In this document: positions 19,789 through 30,722 of the stretch, in pieces | How positions within the stretch are numbered: the first letter of the stretch is position 1 | How the letters are laid out: each line of letters opens with the position of its first letter | DNA from: Lentihominibacter sp. | Lineage (GTDB): Bacteria; Bacillota; Clostridia; Peptostreptococcales; Anaerovoracaceae | Direction: 5' to 3' | DNA length: 64,000 nt | Assembly: GCA_045638485.1 (NCBI GenBank) | Contig: JAZUBM010000006.1 | Location: forward strand, 79-64,078 | Program-made: the position numbers and the translations under genes | The notes under the pieces: model-generated | The model's input: only the letters and a program-made list of their open reading frames with translations | The model's database searches: none | What the model was told of the DNA's origin: nothing

Positions 19789-20700
19789 ATGAAACGAAGT
19801 GCAAAAGGCAACATGTTGTTATTTATGGCGGCCCTTATTTGGGGGTGTGCTTTAGTTGCTCAAAAAGCCGGAATGTCTCATCTGGGACCTTTTGGATTTA
19901 CTGCTATAAGATGTACTCTTGGCGGAGTTGTGTTGCTTCCACTGATTTGGAGCATAGATAGGAAGAAGAGCGCGGAAGAGAAAGCACGTGAAGTTGGGGC
20001 AAAGAAGACCGTTATTGGTTCTGTGTGTTGTGGATTGGTTCTAACATCTCTTATTTTATTTCAGCAATTCGGTTTGCCTTATACTACAGTCGGCAAAGCG
20101 GGCTTTATTACTGCTCTATACATACTACTTACACCTGTTATGGGGATTTTTCTGGGCAAGAAAGCCGGTAAAAATTTATGGATTGGCGTAGCTATAGGGC
20201 TTGGCGGAATGTACATGCTTTGTCTTTATGAAGGTATTTCATCTTTAACCTTCGGAGATTTGATGATGTTATGTGCTGCAGTGATGGCGGCGGCTCATAT
20301 ACATGTTATCGATCATTTTGTTCAAGAAATAGATCCGGTGAAACTTTCAGCATATCAATTTATATTTACGGGAATGATATGTGTTATACCGATGTTTATA
20401 TTTGAAGATATAAGTATGGAAGCTATTGTGGATTGTGCTATACCTATTTTATATGCAGGTATAATTTCATGCGGACTTGGGTATACTTTCCAAGTGATAG
20501 GACAGAAAGGGACAGATCCCAGCCTTGCCAGTTTGATATTGTCGCTTGAGACGGTATTCTCCTTATTGGCGGGATGGATTTTCTTCCATGAAGTGTTGAG
20601 TGTAGCTGAATATATAGGCTGTGGCTTAATGTTCATCGCTATAATTGTCTCACAGCTACCGGACAAAAAAGAAATTGATAATACAAAAAATAACCATTGA
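19789..20700 (+). CDS. DMT/EamA-family transporter
   Basis: About 10 TM segments; ALIWG..VAQK, VGKAGFITALY and ASLILSLETVFS. Confidence 0.9.
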   Translation: MKRSAKGNMLLFMAALIWGCALVAQKAGMSHLGPFGFTAIRCTLGGVVLLPLIWSIDRKKSAEEKAREVGAKKTVIGSVCCGLVLTSLILFQQFGLPYTTVGKAGFITALYILLTPVMGIFLGKKAGKNLWIGVAIGLGGMYMLCLYEGISSLTFGDLMMLCAAVMAAAHIHVIDHFVQEIDPVKLSAYQFIFTGMICVIPMFIFEDISMEAIVDCAIPILYAGIISCGLGYTFQVIGQKGTDPSLASLILSLETVFSLLAGWIFFHEVLSVAEYIGCGLMFIAIIVSQLPDKKEIDNTKNNH

Positions 20701-20729
20701 CATTTGGAGTAAATTGGTATACTATTGAT

Positions 20730-20822
20730 TCAACAATAGGGAGTAGCAGGCACGGCATGTGTTTACGCTATCGTCAACGCGATGAGAAATCATCCGGTAC
20801 GTAATGAAACTGCGAGACTTTT
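20730..20822 (+). ncRNA. yybP-ykoY (Mn2+-sensing) riboswitch aptamer
   Basis: GGGAGTAGC...TCGTCAAC...CCGGT...GCGAGAC conserved blocks, upstream of a cation P-type ATPase. Confidence 0.88.
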
Positions 20823-20860
20823 GTTGCACGTTAATTTGTGCAATAAAAGTCTCTTTTTTA
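20814..20860 (+). terminator. Riboswitch expression-platform terminator
   Basis: GAGACTTTTTGTTGCAC-loop-GTGCAATAAAAGTCTC plus T-tract; overlaps the aptamer 3' strand GAGAC. Confidence 0.8.
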
Positions 20861-20879
20861 TTTTGAAAGGATGTTTAAC

Positions 20880-23540
20880 ATGAAGGAATTTTATCAGATG
20901 ACAGAAAATGATGTCAGACTTGAGCTTAATGGCTCGTTGGAACCGTTGTCAGATGAACAAATTAAAGAAAACATTGCAAAATACGGATCAAATGAATTAG
21001 CTGAAGGGAAAAAGAAATCAACTTTAATGATTTTCTTAGAGCAGTTTAAAGATTTTCTCGTAATTATACTTATCATCGCAGCTGTAGTTTCAGGCGTTCT
21101 TGGCGATTTTGAAAGTACTATAGTTATCTTGGTTGTAATAACTATCAATGCTATTTTAGGAACAGTACAGACATTGAAAGCGGAGCAATCTCTTGACAGT
21201 CTGAAAAAGATGTCAGCTCCGGAAGCTAAGGTGTTTAGAAGCGGACAGTTCGTTAAGATTCCGGCATCACAGATTACTGTGGGTGATTTAGTAAGTCTTG
21301 AAGCAGGAGATTTCGTTCCGGCTGATGGCAGAATTATAGCTAATGCAGGTATGAAAATCGATGAAAGTGCACTTACCGGAGAGAGCCTTGGGGTTGAAAA
21401 AGATCCTGCTGTCATAGAGGGCCAAGCTCCTCTTGGAGACAGACTTAACATGGTGTATTCGGGAAGCTTCGTAACTTACGGTAGAGGCGAATTTATTGTA
21501 ACCTCAATAGGTATGGAAACTGAAGTTGGTAAGATTGCAACATTGCTTAAGACTACTTCAGAAAAGAAAACACCTCTTCAGGTGAATTTGGACAACTTCG
21601 GCAAAAAGTTATCCATACTGATACTGATATTCTGTGGAATACTTTTTGGCCTCAGCGTATTCAGAGGCGAGCCCATCGGTGATGCTTTCATGTTTGCTAT
21701 CGCGTTGGCAGTAGCAGCAATTCCTGAAGCCCTTAGCTCAATTGTAACAATCGTATTGTCGTTTGGTACTCAGAAAATGGCTAAGGAACATGCCATTATC
21801 AGAAAGTTGCAGGCTGTTGAAGGGCTGGGAAGTGTGTCTGTTATCTGTTCAGATAAGACAGGAACACTTACTCAGAATAAGATGACAGTAGAAGGGTACT
21901 ATGTTCATGGCAAGCAGATAGATGCGGCAGATATAAATGAAGAAGATATTGCTGCGATGCAACTTCTTGATGCCAGCATGCTTTGTAATGATGCGTCTAT
22001 CGCGGAGGGCAAAGAAATAGGAGATCCTACTGAAACAGCTCTTATTAATTTAGGAATAAAGATTGGAAGATCTTATGAAACTGCAAGAAATGATAACCCT
22101 AGAGTTTCTGAAATTCCATTTGACAGCGATAGAAAATTGATGTCAACATGTAATGAACTGAAAGAAAATTTCGGTCCTGAAATAAAGTCAGTCGAAACGG
22201 TAATGATTACCAAGGGTGCAGTAGATGTCCTTCTCAATAGAGTAAGTAAAATACAGACTGCCGAAGGCATCAAAGACATAAATGAAGAGGATAAAAAGGC
22301 CATTGAAAAGTGCAACAGTGACTTTTCCAAGAATGGTCTCAGAGTTTTGGCATTTGCATATAAAAAGGTTGCAGACGGATTTGAGCCGGGTATTGATGAC
22401 GAGAACGACATGGTATTTTTGGGACTCATCTCAATGATGGACCCTCCTAGAGAAGAATCCATGGCAGCAGTTGCTGACTGTATCAGCGCAGGCATTAAAC
22501 CGGTAATGATAACAGGTGACCACAAGGTTACTGCTGCAGCAATTGCCAAGAAAATCGGAATTCTCAAAGAAGAATCCGAAGCAGTTGAGGGTGCTGTTAT
22601 CGACAATATGAGTGATGAAGAACTGCGCAAATATGTTGAAAATATTTCAGTATATGCAAGAGTTTCTCCTGAACACAAAATCAGAATCGTTAGAGCATGG
22701 CAGGACAAGGGCAATATCGTAGCCATGACAGGAGATGGTGTAAATGATGCGCCGGCACTTAAACAGGCTGATATAGGTGTAGCCATGGGCATTACAGGAA
22801 GTGAAGTTTCCAAAGATGCAGCAGCGATGGTGCTGACTGACGATAACTTTGCTACTATAGTTAAGGCGGTAGAAAACGGCAGAAACATTTATAAGAACAT
22901 CAAGAACTCCATATTATTCCTGCTCTCAGGTAACTTCGGAGCTATCTTGACAGTATTATATGCTTCAATATTTGCATTGCCTGTACCGTTCGCACCTGTA
23001 CACCTGCTGTTCATCAACTTATTGACTGACAGCTTACCGGCAATCGCCCTCGGTCTTGAACCACACAGCAAAGAACTGATGAATGAAAAACCACGTCCTG
23101 CTAATGAATCTATCTTGACTAAGTCATTCTTGTCACAGATAGGTATTGGTGGACTTTCCATCTGTATTATGACAGTAATTGCGTTCCTGATGGGACTCAA
23201 CGGATGGTTTACAGCAGCAGAACTTGGTGGAAGTGCACTGCTTGGAAGTACAATGGCCTTTGGAACTCTCTGTATCAGCAGACTTTTCCATGGCTTCAAC
23301 TGCAAGTCAGATAAACCTGTAGTATTTACTAAGGCATTGTTCAACAATAAGGCTCTGTGGGGGGCGTTCATAGTTGGAATGGTACTGATAACTGCAGTGC
23401 TTTGCATACCGGCAGTAGACCACATTTTCAAAGTGGAAACTCTCGGACTTTCGCAGCTTCTGACAGTATACGGATTGGCGTTCCTGAATATTCCTGTAAT
23501 ACAGTTGATTAAATGGGTGCAGATGAAGATTAAGAAATAA
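20880..23540 (+). CDS. Cation-translocating P-type (PII) ATPase, likely Mn2+/Ca2+ efflux (start 20871 or 20880)
   Basis: DESALTGES, VAAIPEAL, DKTGTLT, MITGDH and TGDGVNDAPALK. Confidence 0.93.
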   Translation: MKEFYQMTENDVRLELNGSLEPLSDEQIKENIAKYGSNELAEGKKKSTLMIFLEQFKDFLVIILIIAAVVSGVLGDFESTIVILVVITINAILGTVQTLKAEQSLDSLKKMSAPEAKVFRSGQFVKIPASQITVGDLVSLEAGDFVPADGRIIANAGMKIDESALTGESLGVEKDPAVIEGQAPLGDRLNMVYSGSFVTYGRGEFIVTSIGMETEVGKIATLLKTTSEKKTPLQVNLDNFGKKLSILILIFCGILFGLSVFRGEPIGDAFMFAIALAVAAIPEALSSIVTIVLSFGTQKMAKEHAIIRKLQAVEGLGSVSVICSDKTGTLTQNKMTVEGYYVHGKQIDAADINEEDIAAMQLLDASMLCNDASIAEGKEIGDPTETALINLGIKIGRSYETARNDNPRVSEIPFDSDRKLMSTCNELKENFGPEIKSVETVMITKGAVDVLLNRVSKIQTAEGIKDINEEDKKAIEKCNSDFSKNGLRVLAFAYKKVADGFEPGIDDENDMVFLGLISMMDPPREESMAAVADCISAGIKPVMITGDHKVTAAAIAKKIGILKEESEAVEGAVIDNMSDEELRKYVENISVYARVSPEHKIRIVRAWQDKGNIVAMTGDGVNDAPALKQADIGVAMGITGSEVSKDAAAMVLTDDNFATIVKAVENGRNIYKNIKNSILFLLSGNFGAILTVLYASIFALPVPFAPVHLLFINLLTDSLPAIALGLEPHSKELMNEKPRPANESILTKSFLSQIGIGGLSICIMTVIAFLMGLNGWFTAAELGGSALLGSTMAFGTLCISRLFHGFNCKSDKPVVFTKALFNNKALWGAFIVGMVLITAVLCIPAVDHIFKVETLGLSQLLTVYGLAFLNIPVIQLIKWVQMKIKK

Positions 23541-23563
23541 AATTTAAAAGGGGATTATAATAA

Positions 23564-23591
23564 AAAAGAGACCTTTCATAAGGTCTCTTTT
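23564..23591. terminator. Bidirectional terminator between the ATPase gene and asd
   Basis: AAAAGAGACCT-ttcata-AGGTCTCTTTT. Confidence 0.8.
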
Positions 23592-23605
23592 GTGTTGGCT
23601 AAATA

Positions 23606-24613
23606 TTAGTCTTCCAGAATTTTCAGCAGTTCTTCTGCAATCTGTACTGCGTTAGTTGCAGCGCCCTTTCTGATGTTGTCGGCTACAACCCAGATATTCA
23701 GACCGTTGTCTACTGAAAAGTCTCTTCTGATACGGCCTACGTATACAGGGTCAGTTCCTGCTGCTGTCAGTGCCAGTGGGTATACGTTGTTAGTAACGTC
23801 GTCCTGAAGAACGATTCCCGGAGCGTTTCTGAACAGTTCGAAGATGTCTTCCATTTCAAACGGTTTTTCCAGTTCGATGTTGATGGATTCGCTGTGGGAA
23901 TCAAATACAGGAACTCTAACTGTAGTAGCAGTTACCTTGATGTCATCGTCGCCCAGGATCTTGTGAGTTTCGTTGATCATCTTCATTTCTTCCTTAGTGT
24001 ATCCGTTTTCTGTGAAAACGTCGATATGAGGCAGGCAGTTTCCTGCGATAGGGTGAGCATATGCCTGAAGTGGTTCGTCCTTGCCTTCAAGTCCGTTCTT
24101 CAGATCTGTGATACCCTTAACGCCTGAACCGGATACAGCCTGGTAAGTTGAGTAAATAACTCTCTTGATTCCGTATTTGTCCTGAAGTGGCTTCAGAGCA
24201 ACCATAGCCTGGATTGTTGAGCAGTTAGGGTTAGCAATGATACCCTTGTTCCATTCGATATCCTGAGGGTTTACTTCAGGAACTACCAGAGGAACGTTTT
24301 CATCCATTCTCCACTGGCTGCTGTTATCTACAACAACAACGCCCTTTGAAGCAGCGATAGGTGCGAACTTAGCGCTTGTGCCGCCGCCTGCTGAAAACAG
24401 TGCGATGTCGATTGGTTTGTCAAATGAGTTTTCAGTCAGTTCTTCAACGATGTAGTCTTTGCCTTTGAACGTCAGTGTCTTGCCGGCAGATTTAGCTGAT
24501 GCCATGAAGTAGATGTTTTCGAAAGGAAAATCTCTTTCTTCAAGAACTTTCAGGAATGTTGAGCCAACTACACCTGTTGCTCCAACTACAGCGATGTTAG
24601 GTTTTCTGTTCAT
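23606..24613 (-). CDS. asd: Aspartate-semialdehyde dehydrogenase
   Basis: VVGATGVVG, DNSSQWRM, IIANPNCST, STYQAVSGSG and DNIRKGAATNAVQIA. Confidence 0.97.
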   Translation of the reverse strand: MNRKPNIAVVGATGVVGSTFLKVLEERDFPFENIYFMASAKSAGKTLTFKGKDYIVEELTENSFDKPIDIALFSAGGGTSAKFAPIAASKGVVVVDNSSQWRMDENVPLVVPEVNPQDIEWNKGIIANPNCSTIQAMVALKPLQDKYGIKRVIYSTYQAVSGSGVKGITDLKNGLEGKDEPLQAYAHPIAGNCLPHIDVFTENGYTKEEMKMINETHKILGDDDIKVTATTVRVPVFDSHSESINIELEKPFEMEDIFELFRNAPGIVLQDDVTNNVYPLALTAAGTDPVYVGRIRRDFSVDNGLNIWVVADNIRKGAATNAVQIAEELLKILED

Positions 24614-24827
24614 GATAAAATGACCTCCTGTATGTTAATGTTATTTTATGTTCAAAATCATACAGCATTAATTGTACCACCGCAGTAGCACAAAAGTAAA
24701 GGGGATTGGAAACAATTTGTAATATTAGTCCAGCTATTCAAAAAAGTTGTCGGTACTAATTGTACCAATTGAATTATATTTGTGGTATACTTAATTATGT
24801 ATGAATAAAACACAGTGAGGGCAAAAA

Positions 24828-27374
24828 ATGTCAGGGACTAAGAGAAAGCCCGGTAGACCTCCGGGAAGTAAAAATAAGAATACTAAATCTAATGCAAATG
24901 GCAAATCTTCAGCAAGAAGTACATCTGCAAAGACCACAGCTTCACGTAGTGCAAAGGCTACAGAAAGCAAAGTGAACAGCAGAGTGAAGGATGAAATCGT
25001 AGCCATCCTTATTATCGCGCTGGGCATTTTCCTTGCTATAGCTTTCCATACAACTGTTGCAGGAGAAGTAGGAACAGCATTGTCGGATGTTTTTAAGGGA
25101 TTATTTGGATTTGCAGCTTACATATTACCGTATTACTTTATAGTGTACGGAGTTTTGTTGTTTTCAAAAAAGACAATACATACAGGAACCAAGTCTGTTA
25201 TTTTACTGTTGATTGTTTTCCTTATGATTTCACTTATAAATTCAGGAAGATTCATTACGGATGAAATAATCAGTGATGGGCTGCTCAATGTAGCTGTTCA
25301 TTACAATAATGGTATGGTTCTGGACGATGGTGGCGTTTTCGGTATGGTGATAGGCAAGATTCTTGTTAAGTTTATCGGTATCGCCGGACTGTATATTTTA
25401 TCTACAGTAGTAATAATAATATGCTTGCTGCTTCTTATGGATACTCCAATATCCAGATTCTTTGAAAAGGCCAAGGAGCAGAAAGAAAATAGGGCGGTTA
25501 TGAAGGAAGAACGCCGTATAGAAAGAGAAAAGGAAGAAGCTCTCAGAAATCAGCAAATGCAGATGATGATGGAACAAAATACCCACAGCACCAATGCATT
25601 TGGTGAAGCTGTTGCATCAAACAATATGACTGACAGACAGCGTAAGATTATGGGATATATGAACAGTGAAGATCGTGTTTCAGGAAGAAACAGCAATCAG
25701 AGAGAACCGCTGGACTTTTCACTGGGAGAAAATAAAGAAACACCTAAGAGAAGCAGAAGAAGAAAAGCAGATGTAGTTGCGGAGCCTGTTGCTGAGCCTG
25801 TTACTGTAGCCCCTGCTGAACCGGAAGTGAAACTGAGCAAAAAGGAAGCTGCGGCAGCCGCACTCAAAGAAGAAGATTTTAATATTACAACTTCTTCAGA
25901 GGCATATCAGTTCCCTTCAGTGGAATTGCTGAAAAAGGCAAACAGAGCTGCATCCAATAGTGCAGAGGATGAGAATACTCTCAGAGCCAAGGCTATGAAG
26001 CTGGAAGAGACTTTGAGAAGCTTTAACATTTCAGCAACAGTTACAAATGTTACTCAGGGTCCTGCAGTTACAAGATATGAAGTGCATCCCGATATCGGAG
26101 TGAAGGTTAAGAGCATAAAGAATTTGGCTGATGATATTGCACTTAACATGGAAGCTCGAAGCATAAGAATAGAAGCGCCTATTCCTGGCAAACCTGCAGT
26201 AGGAATAGAAATAGAAAATGACAGAATCAATATGGTAACTGTCAGAGAAATTATCGAATCCGCAGAATTCAAACGAGCAGAGTCAAAAATCACTTTTGCT
26301 GTAGGTAAAGATATTGCAGGTAAATCTATTGTAGCTGACCTTAAGTCAATGCCTCACATGCTGATTGCAGGTTCAACAGGATCAGGTAAATCAGTATGTA
26401 TCAACAGCATTATCACCAGCATTCTTTATAAGGCTAAACCTGAAGAAGTTAAGTTGGTACTAATCGACCCTAAGGTTGTTGAACTTGCAAACTACAGTGG
26501 AATACCACACCTGTTGATTCCTGTTGTAACAGAACCTGTAAAGGCAGCTGCAGCTCTCAACTGGGCAGTAGCTGAAATGGACGAAAGATACAGAAAGTTC
26601 GCTGAAGAAGGCGTTAGAGAACTTGCAAGTTACAATAGAGTTATGAAGGAAAAGGAAGACGATGAAGCTGTAATGCCTCAGGTTGTAATCATTATCGATG
26701 AGTTGGCCGACCTTATGATGGCGGCTCCATCTCAGGTGGAAGAATCAATCTGTAGACTGGCGCAGAAAGCAAGAGCCGCTGGAATGCATCTAATCGTAGC
26801 AACTCAGAGACCATCAGTAGATGTTATTACAGGTGTTATCAAGGCAAACATTCCTTCCAGAATTGCTTTTGCTGTATCATCACAGTTCGACTCAAGAACA
26901 ATTCTCGATATGGCCGGAGCAGAAAAGTTGGTTGGAAAGGGTGATATGCTCTTTAACCCATTGGGAAGCGGAAAGCCTGTAAGAGTACAAGGTACATTTA
27001 TTTCCGATCAGGAAGTTCACGATGTAATCAAGCATGTTAAATCTCAGGTGGAAGAAGTGGAATACGCTAATAATGTTATGGATTCCATAGAAAGAGCCAA
27101 TGTGCCTGATGCAGAAAAAGGTAATCGTGATCTTGAGGATGAGCTTCTGCCCGAAGCTATCGAGCTGGTTGTTCAAGCACAGCAGGCGTCTGTTTCCATG
27201 CTTCAGAGACGATTCAGAATCGGTTATAATAGAGCTGCTCGCATCATAGATATGATGGAAGACAGACAAATCGTTGGACCTGCTGATGGTAGCAGACCTC
27301 GTAGCGTTTTGTTGTCGGAAGAAGAGCTGGAATTTATGAAGACAAGCACTGAAGATATTGAAGACGAGCTTTAA
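24828..27374 (+). CDS. ftsK: DNA translocase FtsK/SpoIIIE
   Basis: N-terminal TM domain; [34 protein letters not shown] and gamma domain [14 protein letters not shown]. Confidence 0.96.
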   Translation: MSGTKRKPGRPPGSKNKNTKSNANGKSSARSTSAKTTASRSAKATESKVNSRVKDEIVAILIIALGIFLAIAFHTTVAGEVGTALSDVFKGLFGFAAYILPYYFIVYGVLLFSKKTIHTGTKSVILLLIVFLMISLINSGRFITDEIISDGLLNVAVHYNNGMVLDDGGVFGMVIGKILVKFIGIAGLYILSTVVIIICLLLLMDTPISRFFEKAKEQKENRAVMKEERRIEREKEEALRNQQMQMMMEQNTHSTNAFGEAVASNNMTDRQRKIMGYMNSEDRVSGRNSNQREPLDFSLGENKETPKRSRRRKADVVAEPVAEPVTVAPAEPEVKLSKKEAAAAALKEEDFNITTSSEAYQFPSVELLKKANRAASNSAEDENTLRAKAMKLEETLRSFNISATVTNVTQGPAVTRYEVHPDIGVKVKSIKNLADDIALNMEARSIRIEAPIPGKPAVGIEIENDRINMVTVREIIESAEFKRAESKITFAVGKDIAGKSIVADLKSMPHMLIAGSTGSGKSVCINSIITSILYKAKPEEVKLVLIDPKVVELANYSGIPHLLIPVVTEPVKAAAALNWAVAEMDERYRKFAEEGVRELASYNRVMKEKEDDEAVMPQVVIIIDELADLMMAAPSQVEESICRLAQKARAAGMHLIVATQRPSVDVITGVIKANIPSRIAFAVSSQFDSRTILDMAGAEKLVGKGDMLFNPLGSGKPVRVQGTFISDQEVHDVIKHVKSQVEEVEYANNVMDSIERANVPDAEKGNRDLEDELLPEAIELVVQAQQASVSMLQRRFRIGYNRAARIIDMMEDRQIVGPADGSRPRSVLLSEEELEFMKTSTEDIEDEL

Positions 27375-27399
27375 AACAAAAATAGAAGGAATTTGAAAT

Positions 27400-28740
27400 A
27401 TGAAGTTATATATTGAAACCCTCGGATGTCCGAAGAACTTTAACGATTCTGAAGGCATAAGAGGGATTTGGGAAAAGGCAGGTATGCATCTTACGGAAGA
27501 CCCTGTTGAAGCAGATGCTATTCTGGTAAATACCTGCGGATTTATAAACGATGCTAAAAAAGAATCCATAGATAAGATCTTTGATATGGCTCGCCTCAAG
27601 GAAGAGGCTCATGCTGAAGAGTCTGTGGCAGACAAGGTACTTATCGTATCCGGATGTCTTTCTCAGAGATATGGCAAAGAGCTCTTTGATGAAATGCCGG
27701 AAGTAGACATTTTCCTTGGGGTTAATGATTATGAAAAACTCCCTGAGATGGTTAAATCACTGCAGAAAGGGCAGAGAGCACAGGCGTTCAGCTGTGAACC
27801 AAAGGCTTTCGAAGAGTTTTCGGCAAGAAAACTTGAAGACAACCCATACAGTGCCACTTTGCGTATAGCTGAAGGATGTAACAATTGTTGTGCATATTGT
27901 GTAATCCCTCAGATTAGAGGAGGATTCAGAAGCAGACCGATGGAAAACATCATTAAGGAGGCGGAAGAATTAGCTTCGAAGGGATGTAAAGAACTACTTC
28001 TCATCGCTCAGGATGTTACTGAATATGGTAGAGATCTTTACGGAGAGCTGAGCCTTCCGAAGCTACTGAGTGAGCTTTGCAAAGTAGAAGGCATCAAGTG
28101 GATCAGACTCATGTATTGCTACGAGGATAAGATTACCGATGAGCTTATTGCAGTGATGGCAGCTGAAGAAAAGATTTGTAAGTATATCGATATTCCTCTT
28201 CAGCATGTGGCAGATGGTGTTCTCGATAGAATGAACAGACACTCCACAACAGCAAGTATTACTGATACCATCGAAAGATTGAGAAAGGCTATGCCGGATA
28301 TCCATATCAGAACAACTATGATTGTAGGATTCCCGGGAGAGACTGAAGATGAGTTCGATCAGCTGGTGGATTTCGTGGAAGACACTTGCTTCGAAAGATT
28401 GGGTGTATTCGCTTATTCCAGGGAAGAAGGTACTGTGGCAGGCGATATGGAAGACCAGATTGATGAGGATGTTAAGGCTGCACGTGCAGATGCTGTTATG
28501 AGAAGACAGCTTGATATTTCCAGAGAAGTCAACGATGCTAAAGTAGGTCGCGTGCTGGAAGTTCTGGTGGATGGAATGGATGAAGAAGGAGCTTATATCG
28601 GCAGAACTCAGTACGATGCTCCTGAAATAGATAATACTGTTATATTTAATGCTAATAAGGAATTGAAGCCGGGTGATATGGTTAAGGTGCTCATCAATGA
28701 TGCATTTGATTATGACCTGGTGGGAAAAATGGAGGAATAA
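27400..28740 (+). CDS. rimO: Ribosomal protein S12 methylthiotransferase
   Basis: LGCPKN, NTCGFI..AK.ES, IAEGCNNCCAYC and GRTQYDAPEID (TRAM). Confidence 0.95.
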   Translation: MKLYIETLGCPKNFNDSEGIRGIWEKAGMHLTEDPVEADAILVNTCGFINDAKKESIDKIFDMARLKEEAHAEESVADKVLIVSGCLSQRYGKELFDEMPEVDIFLGVNDYEKLPEMVKSLQKGQRAQAFSCEPKAFEEFSARKLEDNPYSATLRIAEGCNNCCAYCVIPQIRGGFRSRPMENIIKEAEELASKGCKELLLIAQDVTEYGRDLYGELSLPKLLSELCKVEGIKWIRLMYCYEDKITDELIAVMAAEEKICKYIDIPLQHVADGVLDRMNRHSTTASITDTIERLRKAMPDIHIRTTMIVGFPGETEDEFDQLVDFVEDTCFERLGVFAYSREEGTVAGDMEDQIDEDVKAARADAVMRRQLDISREVNDAKVGRVLEVLVDGMDEEGAYIGRTQYDAPEIDNTVIFNANKELKPGDMVKVLINDAFDYDLVGKMEE

Positions 28741-28741
28741 G

Positions 28742-29275
28742 ATGAATTTACCTAACAAATTGACCATGGGAAGAATTTTTGCCATTCCGGTGTTCATCAT
28801 TGTATTTATGATGGATTACAGATATGCAGCAGCAATTATATTCATTCTGGCAGCTGTAACAGATATGCTGGACGGACATATTGCAAGAAAGCATAATTTA
28901 GTAACTAATTTCGGCAAACTGATGGACCCTCTTGCTGATAAGCTTCTGGTAATGGCAGCGCTTATTTGTCTCGTTGAAGTTGGCGATGTTGCAGGATGGA
29001 TGGTAGTTGTAATTCTGGGAAGAGAACTGATTATTACAGGAATGAGACAGGTTGCTGCGGCACAGGGAATCGTTATTGCAGCAGGAACAACAGGCAAAAT
29101 CAAGACTATCACTCAGATGATTGCTATTCCTCTGCTGATTCTGGAAAACTGGCCTTTCAGCGCGCTGGGAATCGCGGTACCGTTTGATGTTATTTTCTTA
29201 TGGATCGCACTGGTTATGACAATCGTTTCAGGTGCAGAATACATAATGAAGAATAAGCAGTTATTCTCAATGTAG
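28742..29275 (+). CDS. pgsA: CDP-diacylglycerol--glycerol-3-phosphate 3-phosphatidyltransferase
   Basis: MNLPNKLT; TDMLDGHIARK...FGKLMDPLADK. Confidence 0.96.
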   Translation: MNLPNKLTMGRIFAIPVFIIVFMMDYRYAAAIIFILAAVTDMLDGHIARKHNLVTNFGKLMDPLADKLLVMAALICLVEVGDVAGWMVVVILGRELIITGMRQVAAAQGIVIAAGTTGKIKTITQMIAIPLLILENWPFSALGIAVPFDVIFLWIALVMTIVSGAEYIMKNKQLFSM

Positions 29276-29336
29276 CATACGAGAAGAATTAGATGATTTG
29301 AGGGCGAAAAGCCCTCTTTTCTTAGAAGGAGTTTTT

Positions 29337-30569
29337 ATGAAAACGGCAATTTTAAGCGTAGGTACAGAGTTATTATTCGGACAGATTACCAATACAAATA
29401 CAGTTTATCTTTCCCAGAAGTTAAATTTGCTGGGGCACGATGTTATGTATCACTACACAGTGGGAGATAATCCTAAACGTTTGGCTGATATGATTCGCTT
29501 GGCACTGGAAGACTGTGATATCGTTTTGACTACGGGAGGTCTTGGGCCGACTCAGGACGATATGACTAAGGAAATAGCATGCGAAGTAATGGGCGATGAG
29601 CTGGTTATGATGGATGACGTTATGGAAGAACTTCTGGCGATGTTCAAAGATACCGGAAGAAAAATGACGGAGAACAATAAGAAACAGGCTATCATGCCTT
29701 CTCGTTCAGTTGTGTTCCATAATGACGCGGGAACGGCACCGGGATTCGCTCTGGAGAATGACGGCAAGTATATAATCTGCATGCCTGGGCCGCCTAGGGA
29801 AATGACGAGAATGTTCGAAAAGAGCGTAATGCCTTTCTTGCAGAGTTTATCTGAAGATGTTATCTACTATCGCATGATCAGAACATTCGGCATTGGTGAA
29901 TCACAGCTTGAAACAGAACTTTTGGATCTTATAGACGTTCAAACGGACCCAACACTGGCGACATATGCCAAGGAAGGAGAGTCTTCAGTGAGAATCGCTT
30001 CAAAGAGAGCAACTCTCGAAGAAGCTCAGGAGGCTGTAGATGAAATGCTGGTTAAAGTACGCGAACGCATTGGCGAATACATTTATAGTATCGATGATGA
30101 AGAACTGGTACAGGTAGTATGTGACAAGCTGATAGATAAGGGTCTGACATTATCATCCGCAGAATCCTGCACAGGCGGTTTGTTCGCGGGGACTGTAACC
30201 GATGTGGCAGGTGTTTCAGCTTGTTTTGATCGCGGGCTCGTGACTTACAGCAACCAGGCCAAGATGGATGAGCTGGGAGTTAAAGCTGAGACTCTTGAAA
30301 AATACGGTGCAGTAAGCGCTGAGACAGCTATGGAAATGGCGGAAGGTCTTCACAAAGTCAGCGGCAGCGATGTCTGTGTATCTGTTACAGGTATTGCAGG
30401 ACCGGGAGGCGGATCTGAAGAAAAGCCTGTAGGCCTTGTGTATATCGGACTATATTATGATAGTGAAGTTAGTTACCGTGAGCTTCGTCTGAGAAATACA
30501 GGAAGAAAGTGGATCAGACACAGAAGCGTGCTGAATATGTTGGATATGATAAATCAGAATGTGAAGTAG
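29337..30569 (+). CDS. cinA: Competence/damage-inducible protein CinA (MoCF-like domain plus NMN deamidase)
   Basis: VGTELLFGQITNTN, TGGLGPTQDD, MPGPPREM, AESCTGG and TGIAGPGGG..KPVG. Confidence 0.95.
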   Translation: MKTAILSVGTELLFGQITNTNTVYLSQKLNLLGHDVMYHYTVGDNPKRLADMIRLALEDCDIVLTTGGLGPTQDDMTKEIACEVMGDELVMMDDVMEELLAMFKDTGRKMTENNKKQAIMPSRSVVFHNDAGTAPGFALENDGKYIICMPGPPREMTRMFEKSVMPFLQSLSEDVIYYRMIRTFGIGESQLETELLDLIDVQTDPTLATYAKEGESSVRIASKRATLEEAQEAVDEMLVKVRERIGEYIYSIDDEELVQVVCDKLIDKGLTLSSAESCTGGLFAGTVTDVAGVSACFDRGLVTYSNQAKMDELGVKAETLEKYGAVSAETAMEMAEGLHKVSGSDVCVSVTGIAGPGGGSEEKPVGLVYIGLYYDSEVSYRELRLRNTGRKWIRHRSVLNMLDMINQNVK

Positions 30570-30641
30570 CAATAAAAATGGAAAATATTGACAGTTTGTT
30601 CCCGGACATGATAAAATGAATATGAATTGAAGAAATATCAC

Positions 30642-30689
30642 TTGACGAGAACATAAGTTTGGGGTATTATTAAAAAAGAACAAATGTTT
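30642..30689 (+). promoter_or_regulatory. recA sigmaA promoter with two LexA (SOS) boxes
   Basis: TTGACG-17-TATTAT; GAACATAAGTTT (30649-30660) lies between -35 and -10; GAACAAATGTTT (30678-30689) lies downstream; Firmicute consensus is GAAC-N4-GTTY. Confidence 0.82.
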
Positions 30690-30722
30690 ACTTAACGTGT
30701 TCGTTAAAATTGGAGGTAAAAA

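Noticed and set aside
24670-24767. AATTGTACCA repeats and a GGTAC-TAATT-GTACC palindrome between asd and ftsK, resembling the arc-upstream TGGTAC motif (shared MocR regulon?)
   Set aside because: On the minus strand TGGTACAAT is an extended -10, and TTACTT lies 17 bp upstream of the 24670 copy, so an ordinary asd sigmaA promoter explains it. It cannot be claimed as an operator.
24614-24827. Possible lysine riboswitch upstream of asd
   Set aside because: The region is short and shared with the ftsK promoter, and none of the conserved L-box blocks are recognisable.
26892-28800. Long antisense ORFs (235 aa and 245 aa) opposite ftsK/rimO, and similar shadows elsewhere (2654-3172, 20894-23431, 37891-38553)
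   Set aside because: They fully overlap well-supported genes and have no SD or motifs; their composition is typical of reverse-frame shadows of biased coding sequence.
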